Shown here piece after piece: positions 38,871-51,382 of a stretch of DNA of 64,000 nucleotides. The notes under the pieces are model-generated. The model did no database searches. It was not told the DNA's origin and saw nothing but the letters and a program-made list of their open reading frames with translations. The DNA comes from Phoronis australis (taxonomy: Eukaryota > Animalia > Phoronida), in contig NMRA01000743.1 of the NCBI GenBank assembly GCA_002633005.1, positions 1 to 64,000 on the forward strand. The letters are read 5' to 3'. The position numbers and the translations under genes are program-made. The number at the start of each line of letters is the position of its first letter. Position 1 is the stretch's first letter.

Positions 38871-40582
38871 CTGGAGTTTAGAGTTTAAGTTAGAAAATAC
38901 AAGGACATGCAGCTTTGGAGATATTTTTGCATTTATTGTATCCTGATCAAAGAGAATAACTTCTTTCGATATTTAATATACACAACATTTTGGACTGGAA
39001 AAGGGTAAAATCAGCATATTTGCAGACTGTTGTATATCATGGGTGTCGTTCACACACATAATAGACCTTTTGGATTAGACATGCAAGGTCAGTGAATGTA
39101 GTTCTTTGTGAACCCTGCTTTTAGTCATATAACTGTTCCAGTTGGGTCGCGCATTCTTAGATGTTTATTTTTTCACACTTTCTTATAGTGCCTTCATTCT
39201 GACTATGAACTGCAGACTCAGAGCTCAGATTTTACCTGAGCTAGCTGTCTTAAAATAAGCTAATGCTTCTTCGAAATGGTAACATTTAGATTATCTTAAT
39301 ATCGTTTGTTGAAATCTCGGTCAAAATGTGAAAAGATCAAATACTCCTGAAGACGTGCTAGCAACATAAAATGCCTGGAATTCATTTTTTCATCTGAGAT
39401 GTCGAGGTTATCAGATGTTAAATCAGTCATTCCAGCTGACTATTGTATTGTAATTAATGGCGACATTGAGTTTTAACGTGGATGAGCCATTTTCTGTCAT
39501 AGGTTACAATAAAGGGCCAACGTCTTAGATTTCCTGGCTGGCTGGCTCCAAAAAATTATCTGATCATGTCAGTCTTTGCAACAACTGGGAAATACAGTTG
39601 TGTTTAGTAGACAGCTCACTAGATAAAGGTTCTTATTTTCAAAATATGGATTGGTTGAGAACTTGAAAGCAGTCCATTGGAATTTGAATTTGCAGGTGAA
39701 GTGGGACTTTCTGAATCTATGTGTTTATACAACAGAGCAGTTGTCTCACTCAGAGCCCTTAATAAATTTTGAGTCTTCCATCTTAAACTATGACCAAGGT
39801 AATATTCAAGTGCACAAAATATTCCCCTTTTCCTTACCATATGATAGAAAATAAATTTCGTTCTTTGGGACACATTATTGAGGGCACGAACTAGTAAAAA
39901 GTGTCATGAAGCCATCAGTTTTGATCAGGTTGGCCAGTTTTCATCATTAATTGGACTTGGTCATAATTCCAGCTGGAGGTGATATGCCTTTTTTCTGATT
40001 TTCCATGTTTTAAACCTTCCGTGTTTACATCCTGGCATACCTGCCCTCCTCGTGACTGTATTATCACCACTTTGACAGGCGACATTTCACTTTGTTTTGA
40101 GTTAGAATTAAGTAAACCAGGAAATTGTGCTTTGTTACGTAAACTATTTAACTGTGACTTTTTGTCTGGGTTGATGCAGCGCAAGTTCATAGAAGCTCAA
40201 GAGTTATCAGTGAGAAGACTGGGAATTTTCCATTAAAAACACAAGGCACTTTAATCCTCTGGTGTCAGTCAATTTAGAACATAACTAATGGCCATGACAT
40301 TGTATAAGGCCTGACTGAACTTGACTACGGGTCTATTGTTGGTTGACAATCTTCAGTTTTGCATACAAGATGTGGAATTTAATTTTCTTAAACTTCGCAA
40401 AAATAACGGTTGAGAAAATTTGACATCAGCATGATTTATGCTGTACAAAAATTTCAATAAAATTTCGACCATTTCATGAATGTTAAAATCAGTCTTTGAA
40501 CTATGGAATTTGCCATTTTGGCAATTTTTTATGTAAATGGATATCATGGTAATCATTGATCTAGAACCTTATACACTGCCCT

Positions 40583-42380
40583 GTGCAGGATCTTTATTAA
40601 ATTTAGCACGTGTAGTTAACGACAGAAGACAACAACTTTCAGACGGATCCGACGAACACTGTGCCCCCTTAGTGGCAATTTTATTTTTTCCATTTTCTTT
40701 TGTTTCTCTGAGGTTCCTTGAGGAATTTTCATGAAATGTGGTAAATAGCTTTCTTTCAAAGAAACAATGACATTTTTCAGTTTTCAGACGGATTCGATGT
40801 ATTTTGTGCCATTTAGTGGCCATCACTCTTTTGTAGTCTGTTTTTGGCGTCCACCCTCTGTCAACCAAACCACTCCTGGGGTGATTGTGAAAATTGGCTT
40901 TTATATCCTTAGCTTAAATCATACAAACAATTTCTTCATGGAAAATGGTGATGGATGGCCTACCACAGAATGAGGTGGTTTGTTATACGGATGGTACTAA
41001 ACTGGAAAATGGCCAGACAGGTGCCGTAGTCTATTTTCCAAGCCTTCCTCCGGTGCAGATGCAGAAAGCTGGGTATCGCTAGGCAACCTTGCCTTGGTGA
41101 TCCAGGGTGAGATCACTGCCATTAATAGAGCTGCTCAACTGGCACCACAATATAACACCAAGCTGGGCAATCAGCCGATTACCATCTTTTTAGATAGCCT
41201 AGCAGCAATAAGAGCCCTGAAGAAACCAAGGGTCAACTCTCTTGTGTTAATGCTTGTGTTGATGAGCTTAACAAGCGTGCAATTGAAAGAACCGTCAATA
41301 TACACTGGGTCAGGGCCCATGTGGGAGTTGATGGCAATGAGAATGCAGACTCGCAAAGACAGGAGCAATCGTTCTGCATTTTGTGCCTGAACCTGCTATC
41401 CCTGTATCCTATGGATGCTGCAGGATGAGTATACGTAACTGGCTACATACCTAGTCAGCAGCACAGTGGGCATCACTTAACTCCTGCAGAGAGACCAAGG
41501 AAAATTTTCCCAATGTAATCAAACCAAAATGTTCAAAAAACCTTCTGAGTCTAGATAGATTGGGCATAAGACACATTATTCAAATTTTGACGGGCCAGTG
41601 TAACCTAGCCTGGCACAGACACATTACTGGGTATATGGGGAGCCCAGTGTGTTGCGCTTGTGGTACTGACGTTGGAACCCCTAAACACTTCGTGGAGTCT
41701 TGCCTAGCTTTTTATAGGCTAAGGAGCAAACTACTGGATGGCACGGTTTTATGCCTGCAACATATAGTGCATGTCAACAAATGGAAATGTCTGTCCATTT
41801 TCTTAAAAGAGATGGGCAGACTTGAAAACTTCCTTCACAAAGAACTATAATGGGCTCTTGTGCTTTAGCTCAGGTCTCTGATGCACGGCAAATGACATCA
41901 GGCCACTTACACTGTTTTTTTATATGTTCTTAGTGTGAAGAGGGCGGTTGACAATGATTTTCAGCCTTCAATTACTGTGGCGCCTCCTAGCGGTAGTTTT
42001 TTTTTTTTTGCGCCCACAGTTGTATCTCCTAAGCCCTCTAAAGGATCTTTATTAAATTTAGCAAGTGTATTTATATGAAGTTGACAACGGAAGACGAAGG
42101 ACAACTTTCAGACGGATCCGAAGAACGCTTTGCCTCCTAGTGGCAATTTCGTTTTTTCCGTTTTCCTCTGTTTCTCTAAACTTCCTTGACGGATTTTCAT
42201 GAAATGTTGGTGGTAAATAGTTTTCTGTTTAAGAGACAGTGACATTTTCCCATTTGTAGATGGATTCGAAATATTGTGCACCATCTAGTGGCCATTTTTA
42301 TGATACAAATAAACACCCCTAGAAGCACACCGTTTGCGGTGCATTCGTGGGCGCATTTCAATGCTCCGCATTGATCTTGT
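40583..42380 (+). mobile_element. HINE-family copy (5'-truncated) split by a LINE insertion
   Basis: Repeat subunits at 40583-40912 resume at ~41915. Family 3' end GGGCGCATTTCAATGCTCCGCATTGATCTTGT. Confidence 0.75.
40913..41913 (+). mobile_element. 5'-truncated RNase H-containing LINE (I/R1/LOA group) 3' end
   Basis: YTDGTKLENGQTGA, QGEITAI, IFLDSLAAIRAL and HWVRAHVGVDGNENAD (RNase H), then QILTGQC and CCACG...TPKHFVESC (C-terminal CCHC). Frameshifted. Confidence 0.9.
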
Positions 42381-43871
42381 AATCAATGTGACGTGCATTT
42401 TCCACAGAAGGTATCTCCTCAATTGGATTTGACCTACCAATTTCTGTCTGAATTGGTTATGGAAACTAGACATAGACCGCATTACTTTGTTGACTGTCGT
42501 TAATCCAAATGCCTATGGTAGTACTTGTTAGTGTTGTTTGGTTTTACAAAATATTAACTTATAACCGAAAAAGTTTCTAAAATCACCTACAGTGAATTAA
42601 CGAAACCCCCCATTTCTGTTTTGGCTGCTAAAGCGCCTTTTGTTGTTTTCAAATCCCTTTACGTTTGTATTGGGATTATAGTTGCAACGCTTTATGTGCC
42701 TGCTAGTGTGGCAGTTTTTTACACGTTCGCTACACTAGCATGGCAATTTTTTGCATGGATTATATGCTTTTTACATAAATTATACATTTTCCGAGCTTTA
42801 CATGCCAAAAAGCGTATAACGCGTGTAACATTCTCACCCAGAAATTACTTTGTGGTGTGCTAGCAAAATACGTAGAATGCCTACTTGTTGTGGAATATTG
42901 ATGTTTGCCATAAAAGAGAAAGTGAAACCAAAACTTGGCATGCTTTCATCTTGTTCATTTTTCAGCTGTAATTCTCTGTTCACGTCTTCAAGCTAATATG
43001 GCATGATTTATCCTCAGTTGTGGCAAACATGAATGTTGAGGACTATTTCATTCATACTCGCAGGCCACTGAATATCTGCCATGATTTTGATTTATACAAA
43101 ATCAAATGTGACTTAATTTCATCAATGGGTGTCAAAGAACTAAAACTTACGCATTTGGTTTGGTTAATTTCTATCGTATTTAGGTAAAATGATCCTATCC
43201 TAATTTTGTCACTAATTTAATTTTAGAAAGATAACAGTTTGGAAAGTTTTAGTCTACAGTATAATAAAAGTTTTATCAAGTTTTTTTTATTGCTGTGGAG
43301 TTATCACTAATGCTCTGCTCCATACAAAGAACCTTTCATCAGCATTCCTGATATTAGTAGGTTTCTTGATGGCACTGGTTCTTGTACAAATCTATTGCCG
43401 AAGTAAAGTACTTGTCATGACACTCGTCGAGTTTCTTAAATGTACTGTATATCCAGCGGGCTAAATGGCAGAATTTACAGTTGAACCTCATTGTAAAGAA
43501 CCTGGTTTATAATGTTCACTCGAGTGATGCTCCCTTCCCAACTTTCAAGCCCTAAGCCAACTGATTACATGTTGCTTTGTTAAGCTTAAGCTTCGTAACA
43601 AATGTTTCTAGGATCTAAAATGTGAAATTCACCTTAGCTATAATTATTTTACTTTTCTTATTTGCTTTGGTTTAATTAAAAATACGTTTAATTTCACTGA
43701 ACAAGGGATTGGATTAAGAGCTGGAGAATGTGGCTAATGTTTGTGAGAGTTTAATCGAAAACTCAATCAAATCACCAGTTAACACTGTACTTTTGTTTTT
43801 AGCCAGTTAAACACGGCGAAATGGAGCTCCAAAGTCAATCAGCACTGAAATTTTTGTTTTTTGTTTTCCAG

Positions 43872-43937
43872 TGTGGAGGTCAAGCACATTTTACAATAAA
43901 GTCGTCTAAGAAGGCGAGCCTACAATACTATTACACC
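43872..43937 (+). CDS. Exon of thioester-containing protein (CD109/A2M/TEP-like), MG-domain region
   Basis: TTGTTTTCCAG|...|GTAAGT, 66 bp, phase 0-0. CGGQAHFTIKSSKKASLQYYYT joins in frame to VICRG, giving the TEP-type YYxVxxRG motif. Confidence 0.75.
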
Positions 43938-44622
43938 GTAAGTATAGCCTCAGTCTAACATCCAGCACATTGAGTGACAGCTTTGTGTAAGCCAAACACG
44001 GTCAGGTTTCTGACTGTATGGATTTCCTTGTGTGGAAAAGTCATGTGAGTTGACTTAAGCTTGATGAGCGTTGCTGAGAAGTCATAAAACACTGATTTTT
44101 ATTTTGTTCTTATACTGTACATAATGAACTATGTTAAGAATAAGGTGTAAAAGATGAGGAGACAAGTGTACAATCTGTAAAATAAGGTTTGTATCAGTGC
44201 TGCGTGTTTAGTACAAACTAACACCAACACAGTATACACGAAGCACCAGCCTAACACCCCATTTGCTTAGTGTCTTCTAATTCAAAGTTAGGAACCAAGA
44301 CGATGCCCCAAAGCCACATTACCCACTGAGATGATAGTGCAAAACTGACTCCCGTCTATGGGAAGTTTCTCCAAGCTTGCTTTGCAGCTGCCTCTTTAGA
44401 AAGTCGCAAGCAATATTGATACCTAGGCCATCAAAGTATATAACCTTTAAGTTCTTGGGGATTTGAGCATGGCAGCCATTTTGTCTATTCATTTCCTGAA
44501 CTGCAGGACAAGACCATTCAGTTACGTAGAACACATTATGTAACATTTTTATTTTCTCGATTTTCATTAACAACGTAGAAAATAAGTCTGAAACTAAATA
44601 AGGTGATCGAGATCCTCCCAAG

Positions 44623-44830
44623 GATACTATTGTTTCACGAAATGTAGAATATAAATAGGTAAATAAAACAACAAGAATGGATCAACTGAAATTTTCGGAT
44701 ATAATAATGTCCTTCGTCAACAGAAACAGAAATTAAGTAAAGTAAAATCAAACGCTATATTTCTGTTTCTGTTGACGAAGGACATTATTATATCCAAAAA
44801 TTTCAGTTGATCCATTCTTGTTGTTTTATA
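44623..44830. mobile_element. Inverted Penelope-like terminal-repeat pair with hammerhead-like motif
   Basis: ~44664-44731 is the inverted repeat of ~44761-44828. The minus-strand motif at 44686-44723 reads CTG-TTGACGAA-GGACAT(tatt)ATATCC-GAAA-ATTT-CAG. Confidence 0.6.
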
Positions 44831-45120
44831 AGATTGTACCTATTCATTAACAACAAATTGCATCAGATTTGTGCCTTGTCATTTGGAGGTCCGTCTGCAG
44901 CTGCGTTTAGGCAATATTTTGAAAAATTACAGCCATTCACAGCAATGTTAAAACTTTCAGCAAATGAAGAAATTCAGTTCTGACAATTATTTTTTTCTCC
45001 GAAATTAGTTAGATTTTACGGTAGCCTACCCTATTGAGATTGGTATTGAGTACCTGGCGAATTGTGGCATTGTCATGGATGACTATAATTGCTACAGATG
45101 TTTCTCCGGGTCTTTGGCAG

Positions 45121-45318
45121 GTAATATGTCGTGGAATTATTCAAGACCTCAGTGGCGCCTCGGGCGTCCTCAACAGCGATGGTGTGGGCAAGATCACCGT
45201 GACGACCACCAGCAGTATGTACCCCAGCTGTCGCCTGCTGGCTTACTTGATCCTGCCGTCTGAAAATGAACTGATTGCTGACAACGTTGACTTTGATGTG
45301 CAATGTGACAACAACCCG
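45121..45318 (+). CDS. Exon of thioester-containing protein (CD109/A2M/TEP-like)
   Basis: TTTGGCAG|...|GTGAGT, 198 bp, phase 0-0. VICRGIIQ...VTTTSSMYPSCRLLAYLILPSENELIADNVDFDVQCDNNP carries the A2M-family M.P..RLL.Y...E.IAD...F.V motif. Confidence 0.9.
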
Positions 45319-46541
45319 GTGAGTTACTCAGATCACACGATTACCATAGCAACAGCATCTGAAATTCAGACTTCAGCTAAATGAATTATTAATGGAGACT
45401 CAAGCTGTGCAGAACTAGACTGCAATCGTTTTGAATCCACTTTTGCCTGGCACAAGCCGTACCTGAGGGTAACCTATGTTGCTGCTACAATACTTTGTGT
45501 TTCCTGTCAAGGACCCATAAAAATGTTGGTCTTATCAGAGCTTGGGGTCTTAGCTGGAGCATATATTTCCTCCCTTTGCCTGACTAACGGTAAGTATGCT
45601 TACCCAGTGTCAAAGCCAACATCTAATTCTTAGCACGTTCTGGCTGTTGCCTTGAATCTACAAGGAGTTCAGCCAAACTTGTTTCTAAATGCTGCTGTTG
45701 GTCACCTATAGTGTGAACTATGATGAGACGTTCATCTATATAAAGTGTAATTTATTCAAGCACAGAGTCATTGACTCTTATCTCGAGTTTGTACTAAAGA
45801 AGAACAGAAAATGTCAAAACTAATTTGAAGTTATAGTTTGGAGGTTAGGCATGAGGCAACTCGTACGCTAAGATTTGGCTCTTTGTCACCCCAGCGCTAT
45901 CAGCGCATCGAAGCCAGACTGTGACTAACTTGTCCTTTCACAGAATGCACGTGGCTCAGCCATGCTGCTGAAGAAAATGTATTTGCTGTAATTGCTTTTA
46001 TTAATATGCAACTATTTTAAAAATTCAAAGATAGCTAATTTTTGCATTTCAATTTTAAAATCAGTTATTTTGGTTGTTTGCCTTACTTATTGTTCGTTTT
46101 TTTTGACTTTGAAACTAGTGCGCTAAACAGGCGAATTGGTTACAACTGGAATTATCTCGGCCAATACAAACTTGGCCAAACCCATGAAAAGCGGTAACTT
46201 CATTTCGATGTGTGATGGCTCCATGAAGTCTTTGATGTGCCGAAAAATTCGCTGGAGACTGTAGGGTGAGGGATACACGCATTCTCATCCACTTGCACTG
46301 AAGCATGTTAGCGTACGAGTTGCCTAATGGGCCCATTCCCACCAAATTTTAGTCAATACTCCGCTTGAATATTAACAAATCATGTGCCATGCTTCGAATA
46401 GTTTTTCCAGTTTCACATGATGTTGTTGATCATTTTTCCTGTTGTATTGAGTAAAGTGAGGGTGTCAGGCTTTAGCAAGACTGTCAGCTCAGTCTGTTGT
46501 TAGTGAGCTGGTAGTTATTGTGAGACCTATTTATTTTGTAG

Positions 46542-46718
46542 GTGTCTGTCGAATTCAGAAAATCTAAAGAAGACGTCTCCACCTTAACAGAGGTACAGCC
46601 GACAGGTGACGAGATCGTAGCATGTGCGCGTGCTAAACCTGGTTCATTCATCGGCATGATGTCCATCGACAAAAGTGTGTTACTGTTGAAAGGTGGAAAT
46701 GACATCACAAAACAACAG
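46542..46718 (+). CDS. Exon of thioester-containing protein (CD109/A2M/TEP-like)
   Basis: TTATTTTGTAG|...|GTACTT, 177 bp, phase 0-0. ...AKPGSFIGMMSIDKSVLLLKGGNDITKQQ contains the family motif DKSVLLL..GNDIT. Confidence 0.92.
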
Positions 46719-46726
46719 GTACTTAA

Positions 46727-48041
46727 AGGCAAAGGCAACCTTTTTTCATATCATTTTTAGCAAAAATAAGGTCCGTTGATTATTCCAGACATATTTTTCA
46801 CTTATTAACTCTTTTCGTAATTTATTAATTACTCGTCGTCTACTCTGGAAGTGACGTTTTGGGAGGCAAGAATTTCGCGGCAATTTCTTTTCATATAGTC
46901 TGACTGTGAGAGCAGTCGAGTCAGTCATTGTTCTACCTCGGTTTTGATAAGTTCGGTCATGGTTTGCTTTTGCTTACGAGTCAGTCAACATACATTGCTG
47001 TTACTGCGTACTGGGGTGTACTCATTATCGTCTCACGTACAGAGGAAAAACTGTCCCACTTGCCCGAGTGTCCCGCGACACACTCCCACTGAAAGGTGAT
47101 CTGAGCACCCAAACTGCTTACATCCCATCGTGTGACTCCCTCGCCACACACCTGGCTCCAATACAAGTTCACAATAAACTTATCAAACTTAGGCTCACCG
47201 ATCTGTTCATTGGATGACAAACTGTCCTCTTCACTGGTTGTCGAACTGGGCCTGTATTAACCCCCACTACTCAACATCGCTGCAGGGCTTCTTACAGGCT
47301 CTGGGCTAGAGACAACAGCACAGGGCGAATCCCTGCAAGTTCCCGGAATTGCACGCAATGGGGTACGTTCGGAGGCACGGATGACAGTAGATGAAGTTCC
47401 TCCAGTCACTGTATATAGTGGCCACAGCTCGCGAGGCTTCTCGCTTCAAAAACGGACTTCTCGGGGTTGGCGACGGGGCACTGTCAGGAATCAACAGCGA
47501 CGGTATGATACCCTTCTTCAGGCGTTGTTTCACAGGCACCTTCATCAATTCAGCGTACCTATCTGTCATAATCTGACGGCAGAAAATGCTTGCCACACAC
47601 TCGGTAACCCTCCATTGCTTTGTACGTTGCGTGGACGGGTAGCGCTGCGTTCTTCACATGAACGAGCTAGCCAAGTACGGCGAAGTGTGTCATCCTTCGG
47701 AAGGCGACGCAAGGTACCCAAAGCGCGTGTGAGACGATAATGAGTACATCCCGGCACACAGCAACAGCGTGGCATGTTGACTGACTTGTAAACGAAAGCA
47801 AACGACGACCGAACTTAATACAACCGAGGTAGATCAATGACTGACTCGACAGCTCTCACAGTCAGACTATAATGAAAAGAAATTGGCGCGAAACTCTTGC
47901 CTCCCAAAACGTCATTTCCGCAGTAGAAGACGAGAAATTAATCAAATTACGAAAAGCTGTAATTTAGTGAAGAATTTGTCTGGGATAATCAAAGAACCTT
48001 ATTTTTGCTAAAAGTGACATGAAAAAAGGTTGCTTTTGCTC
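46727..48041 (-). mobile_element. Kolobok derivative with truncated THAP-transposase and ~310-bp inverted arms
   Basis: TTAA at 46723-26 and 48042-45. Arms 46727-47036 and ~47729-48041. Minus-strand THAP (MPRCCCVPGC...W...RVCGKHF...RLKKGIIPSL, frameshifted), then KFIV...CG...WECVAGHSGKWDS (Kolobok transposase N-terminal motif). Confidence 0.9.
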
Positions 48042-48122
48042 TTAAAGGGGCATTTCCTTCCAACTTAGCATCCTGAATATGAAATGAGCAACTGTTTCTT
48101 TAAAGCAGTTATAAACCTGCAC

Positions 48123-49158
48123 CATGGTTTGCAAGGATTAAAAAGTCTGAAATTTTGGCTTCCAGCCCTACAAAAGGCCCCAATTTGGACTTTGGCCTTG
48201 AAAAGGCCTTAAATTTATGCTATTAGCCTTAAAAATCTCTGTTTCTGGCCCTAAATTCTAGTTTTCAGCTGTTGAGAATGTTTTTAGATCCTTTTCTCAA
48301 AGGTTGTGAAAATTTTTTTATCGACATTTCGAGTTTACTCCTGTTGGCATTTCGGTTCAACTCGGTAAAACTCGTGTAATAGTTAGTGAGATAAGGGGAA
48401 ACAACTTCATAGTTTTGCGTTTGTCCACAGGAGTACAATTAATGCTTTTCTGGTGCTGCTTAGTAGTACTTTTGTGCGCCACCTACAGGTTGAACGGGAA
48501 ACCATCGAGAGGGGTTGACATAATTGAATTATATCATGTTTGCTGCTATTTTCCGAGTCCCAGAATATTATGGAATTTGGCTGAAGGATGTAGCGTACAA
48601 GGCCTTAGCTAGCGGAATGCAAGTATAGTACACATAAAGCGTTATGCATTGTATGCAACAAAGAAATTTTCCTGGGAAAGATGGCCTGGGTGCTGTGAAG
48701 CCGCATGCGGTTTCCGCGAAATGCTAACAGCTGATCGTTCTGAAACTATCGAACATTTTTTGTAGTTTTTGCAATTCCTTCGCACTGACTGCTTATTAGA
48801 ATAGTTTCCAAGACACTGATTGCTGACTGAGAAGAACTGTTTTTAAGTCACTGACTTTTATTGATACAGACTGTTTTTAAACACAGACTACTTATTGATC
48901 AGAACTGTTTTGAAGACACTGATTGTTAAATAAAAGACTTAAATTTGTACATTTTCATTTAAAAGTTAATTATAGTTAAAGCAAATTTGAAGGTGGTAAT
49001 GCATTCGCATGCATTATATACGATTTCATTATCATGTCGTCATCCTGGTCTTTTTTGCACGCAAACAGTGATAGACAAGGCCCTGAATTAGTATTAATTA
49101 ACCTGAAAAGGCCCTAAAATGGCCTGAATTGGGTTGTCAAAACTTTGTATAAACCATG
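48123..49158. mobile_element. hAT-like MITE with apparent 5-bp TSD
   Basis: TGCAC|CATGGTTT ... AAACCATG|TGCAC, with subterminal GGCC(C/T)T/AAA repeats at both ends. Confidence 0.65.
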
Positions 49159-49479
49159 TGCACTCCATCAAGGAATCAAAACTTTTAGATCAGCTATGAA
49201 TCTGACCTCAACTTGTTCTTTACTCAGATGTAGCTACGGTAAATATTCCTGAATTTAGGACATAGTCGAATTTGGCATTCACCATATTTCTCAAATTTCG
49301 GACTCATCAATTTTAGCGGCATTGGCCGTAATTTTCACATTTCGGACAGTGCACTTTTTCGCATGATCGGGGATTATTTACACATTGTTTAAAACTGCCA
49401 CCGGTGTAATGTATTGACCGATATTTCTGTCTGTAGTTATCGATCTGGACAGTTTGTGTTTATCTCGGACAGTTTCTTG

Positions 49480-49976
49480 CAGGGCTTGGAATTTTCCGCG
49501 GAAACGCGGATTTCCGCTTTTTTCAAATGTGCTTTCTGCTTTTTTTATAATATTTCCGCGTAAAAAATCGGATTTGATATAAAATTTCCGCGGCAAATTC
49601 CTTTCTTACCGCGGCGTTGCAGATGACGTTCACCTCGAAAAGCGGAAGTTGCTCTTTATGTTTCGGAGGAACATAAATTGTCAACATTGTCGGGGCATCT
49701 GGGACAGCGTGGTGGGATTTTCAAAAGCGTCTCGTGTTATTGTTAAGCGCGGCGACAAATACTACGGCTCTGCAGCCAAAAATGTGTGGGTTGGGAGTGG
49801 ACGGGCGAGCTAAAAGGACGCAGACGCATGCTACTGATGGTGGTAACGTTTTTTTTTTAGTCCTCCCGATTTTTGTCGAGGAAAGGTTCACATTGACCAT
49901 TTCAAGGCTAGTTATCGGGCATGATTTGGGCCGTGAAAGTTTCCGCGTTTTTTGTCATTGGTCATTCCAAGCCCTG
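49480..49976. mobile_element. hAT-like MITE nested in 49237-51917
   Basis: 13-bp TIR CAGGGCTTGGAAT / ATTCCAAGCCCTG and repeated TTCCGCG. TSD degenerate. Confidence 0.7.
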
Positions 49977-50357
49977 TTTTTGGCAGTCGTAATTACGGAC
50001 TCAAAGTATTTGCCACGCTTTATGGTGGTTGCACTATGCAAATGAAATGTATGTTCTCCGACTTTCGCATAATTGCCACAGTGTCACAATTTGTATTTGG
50101 ATTAACCGCTAATTAATAAGTACCGGTGAATGATGAGACTGTTGTGTTACAAAGTCGAATCCCGGGTCCACAGCTTCAATTTTTTTCTGCAAACCTGCGA
50201 CCCACTTACCTTCCTCTCGGCGCCCCGAACTTCGCAATGCCATGCGCCCGAATTAGCGAAACGATGTTGTTCAGTGTCAAGTTAAAACAAACTGTGAAAA
50301 GTAACAATCCATGTCCTAGTTTGTTGTGCAGTATACGTTAAAAATGTTCATGTTGTA

Positions 50358-51382
50358 TCCTATTCGCCCTAATAAGCGCCTTGCCCATGAATGTGTACAT
50401 GTGAAAAATGCCTTACCTACAGTTCTACAGTAACATCTTCAATTTATGAGTAGTATGCGACAGAATTTCTAGACCACGAGCCTCGCCACCATGTCGGTAT
50501 TTAATTGTGACTTTGCACTTCAAACTTCCGCCGTGCTTCAAAAAGAACGCAAAAGTTTTGCTGATCTTGCGAGTAACGTGGCCCACTATGGTCAGGGCTT
50601 TCACAAGAGACAGGATTGTATTGTATCATTCCGGTACAGATCTTCTCCCTCAACACCAATTCAGATTTCTTTGTACACGTGAAAACCATGAATCAAGACA
50701 AAAAACTTGATCAGTATTAAAAGCACGTGGCCAGGAAACGCGCTACATACATGTACCTGTCATCGCAGACATTAAGTCTCCGGGAACTATCTATTCCTGA
50801 AACAGGTAGCATAGCATCAGCAAGAAATAAATATTGGCACTTAATTTCTGAAAGTTTCTAATACTGTAAAAAAACCTGTGTTAGTTTTAAGACGAATTAT
50901 TTAATTAATCATAATTGGTGTTTTTAGAGTTAAGTGTATGATAAATTATTCACTGATAGTAAACACTTCCGTACTCTAACTTGTACATGAATCTCCCGGA
51001 AGATAAATGATAGACTGTCATGCATCCAGTCACCTGGCGACTCCATGACATTTAATATCGGTCTTACCAAGACAATTCTCGAATGTTTTTAGCAGATGAG
51101 ACCAGCAGGTGCTAAATAAAACATGTTCTGTGTTACTGCTTGTGTTACTTTCTTTAGTTACAATGCACACCTAGATCGTTACGTCGCGTTTACTCTGGCA
51201 AATGAGCTCTGATGACAGGCATGCGCTCGCTCACTCACACAGAACACACGCAGACGAACTTCAAAACAAATGTCATGTGACCACAACATGTGTGTTTGTC
51301 CAGAGATTTTTGTCGTGTTGCTGGATATGATCTAGCACAGACATGAACTTAATCTGCGGTTAATCCTGACTTCACAGGAACC
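50358..51382 (-). mobile_element. HIRAN-like-ORF-carrying element, copy C (right end lost)
   Basis: Left end TA|TCCTATTCGCCCTAATAAGCGCC. Minus strand GFHVYKEI*IG...TIVGHVTRKISKTFAFFLKHGGSLKC...ARGLEI. Confidence 0.8.

Noticed and set aside
39697-39798. Candidate extra TEP exon (TTGCAG|GTGAAG...CAAG|GTAAT)
   Set aside because: No TEP similarity, and the phase-1 end is incompatible with the phase-0 exon at 43872.
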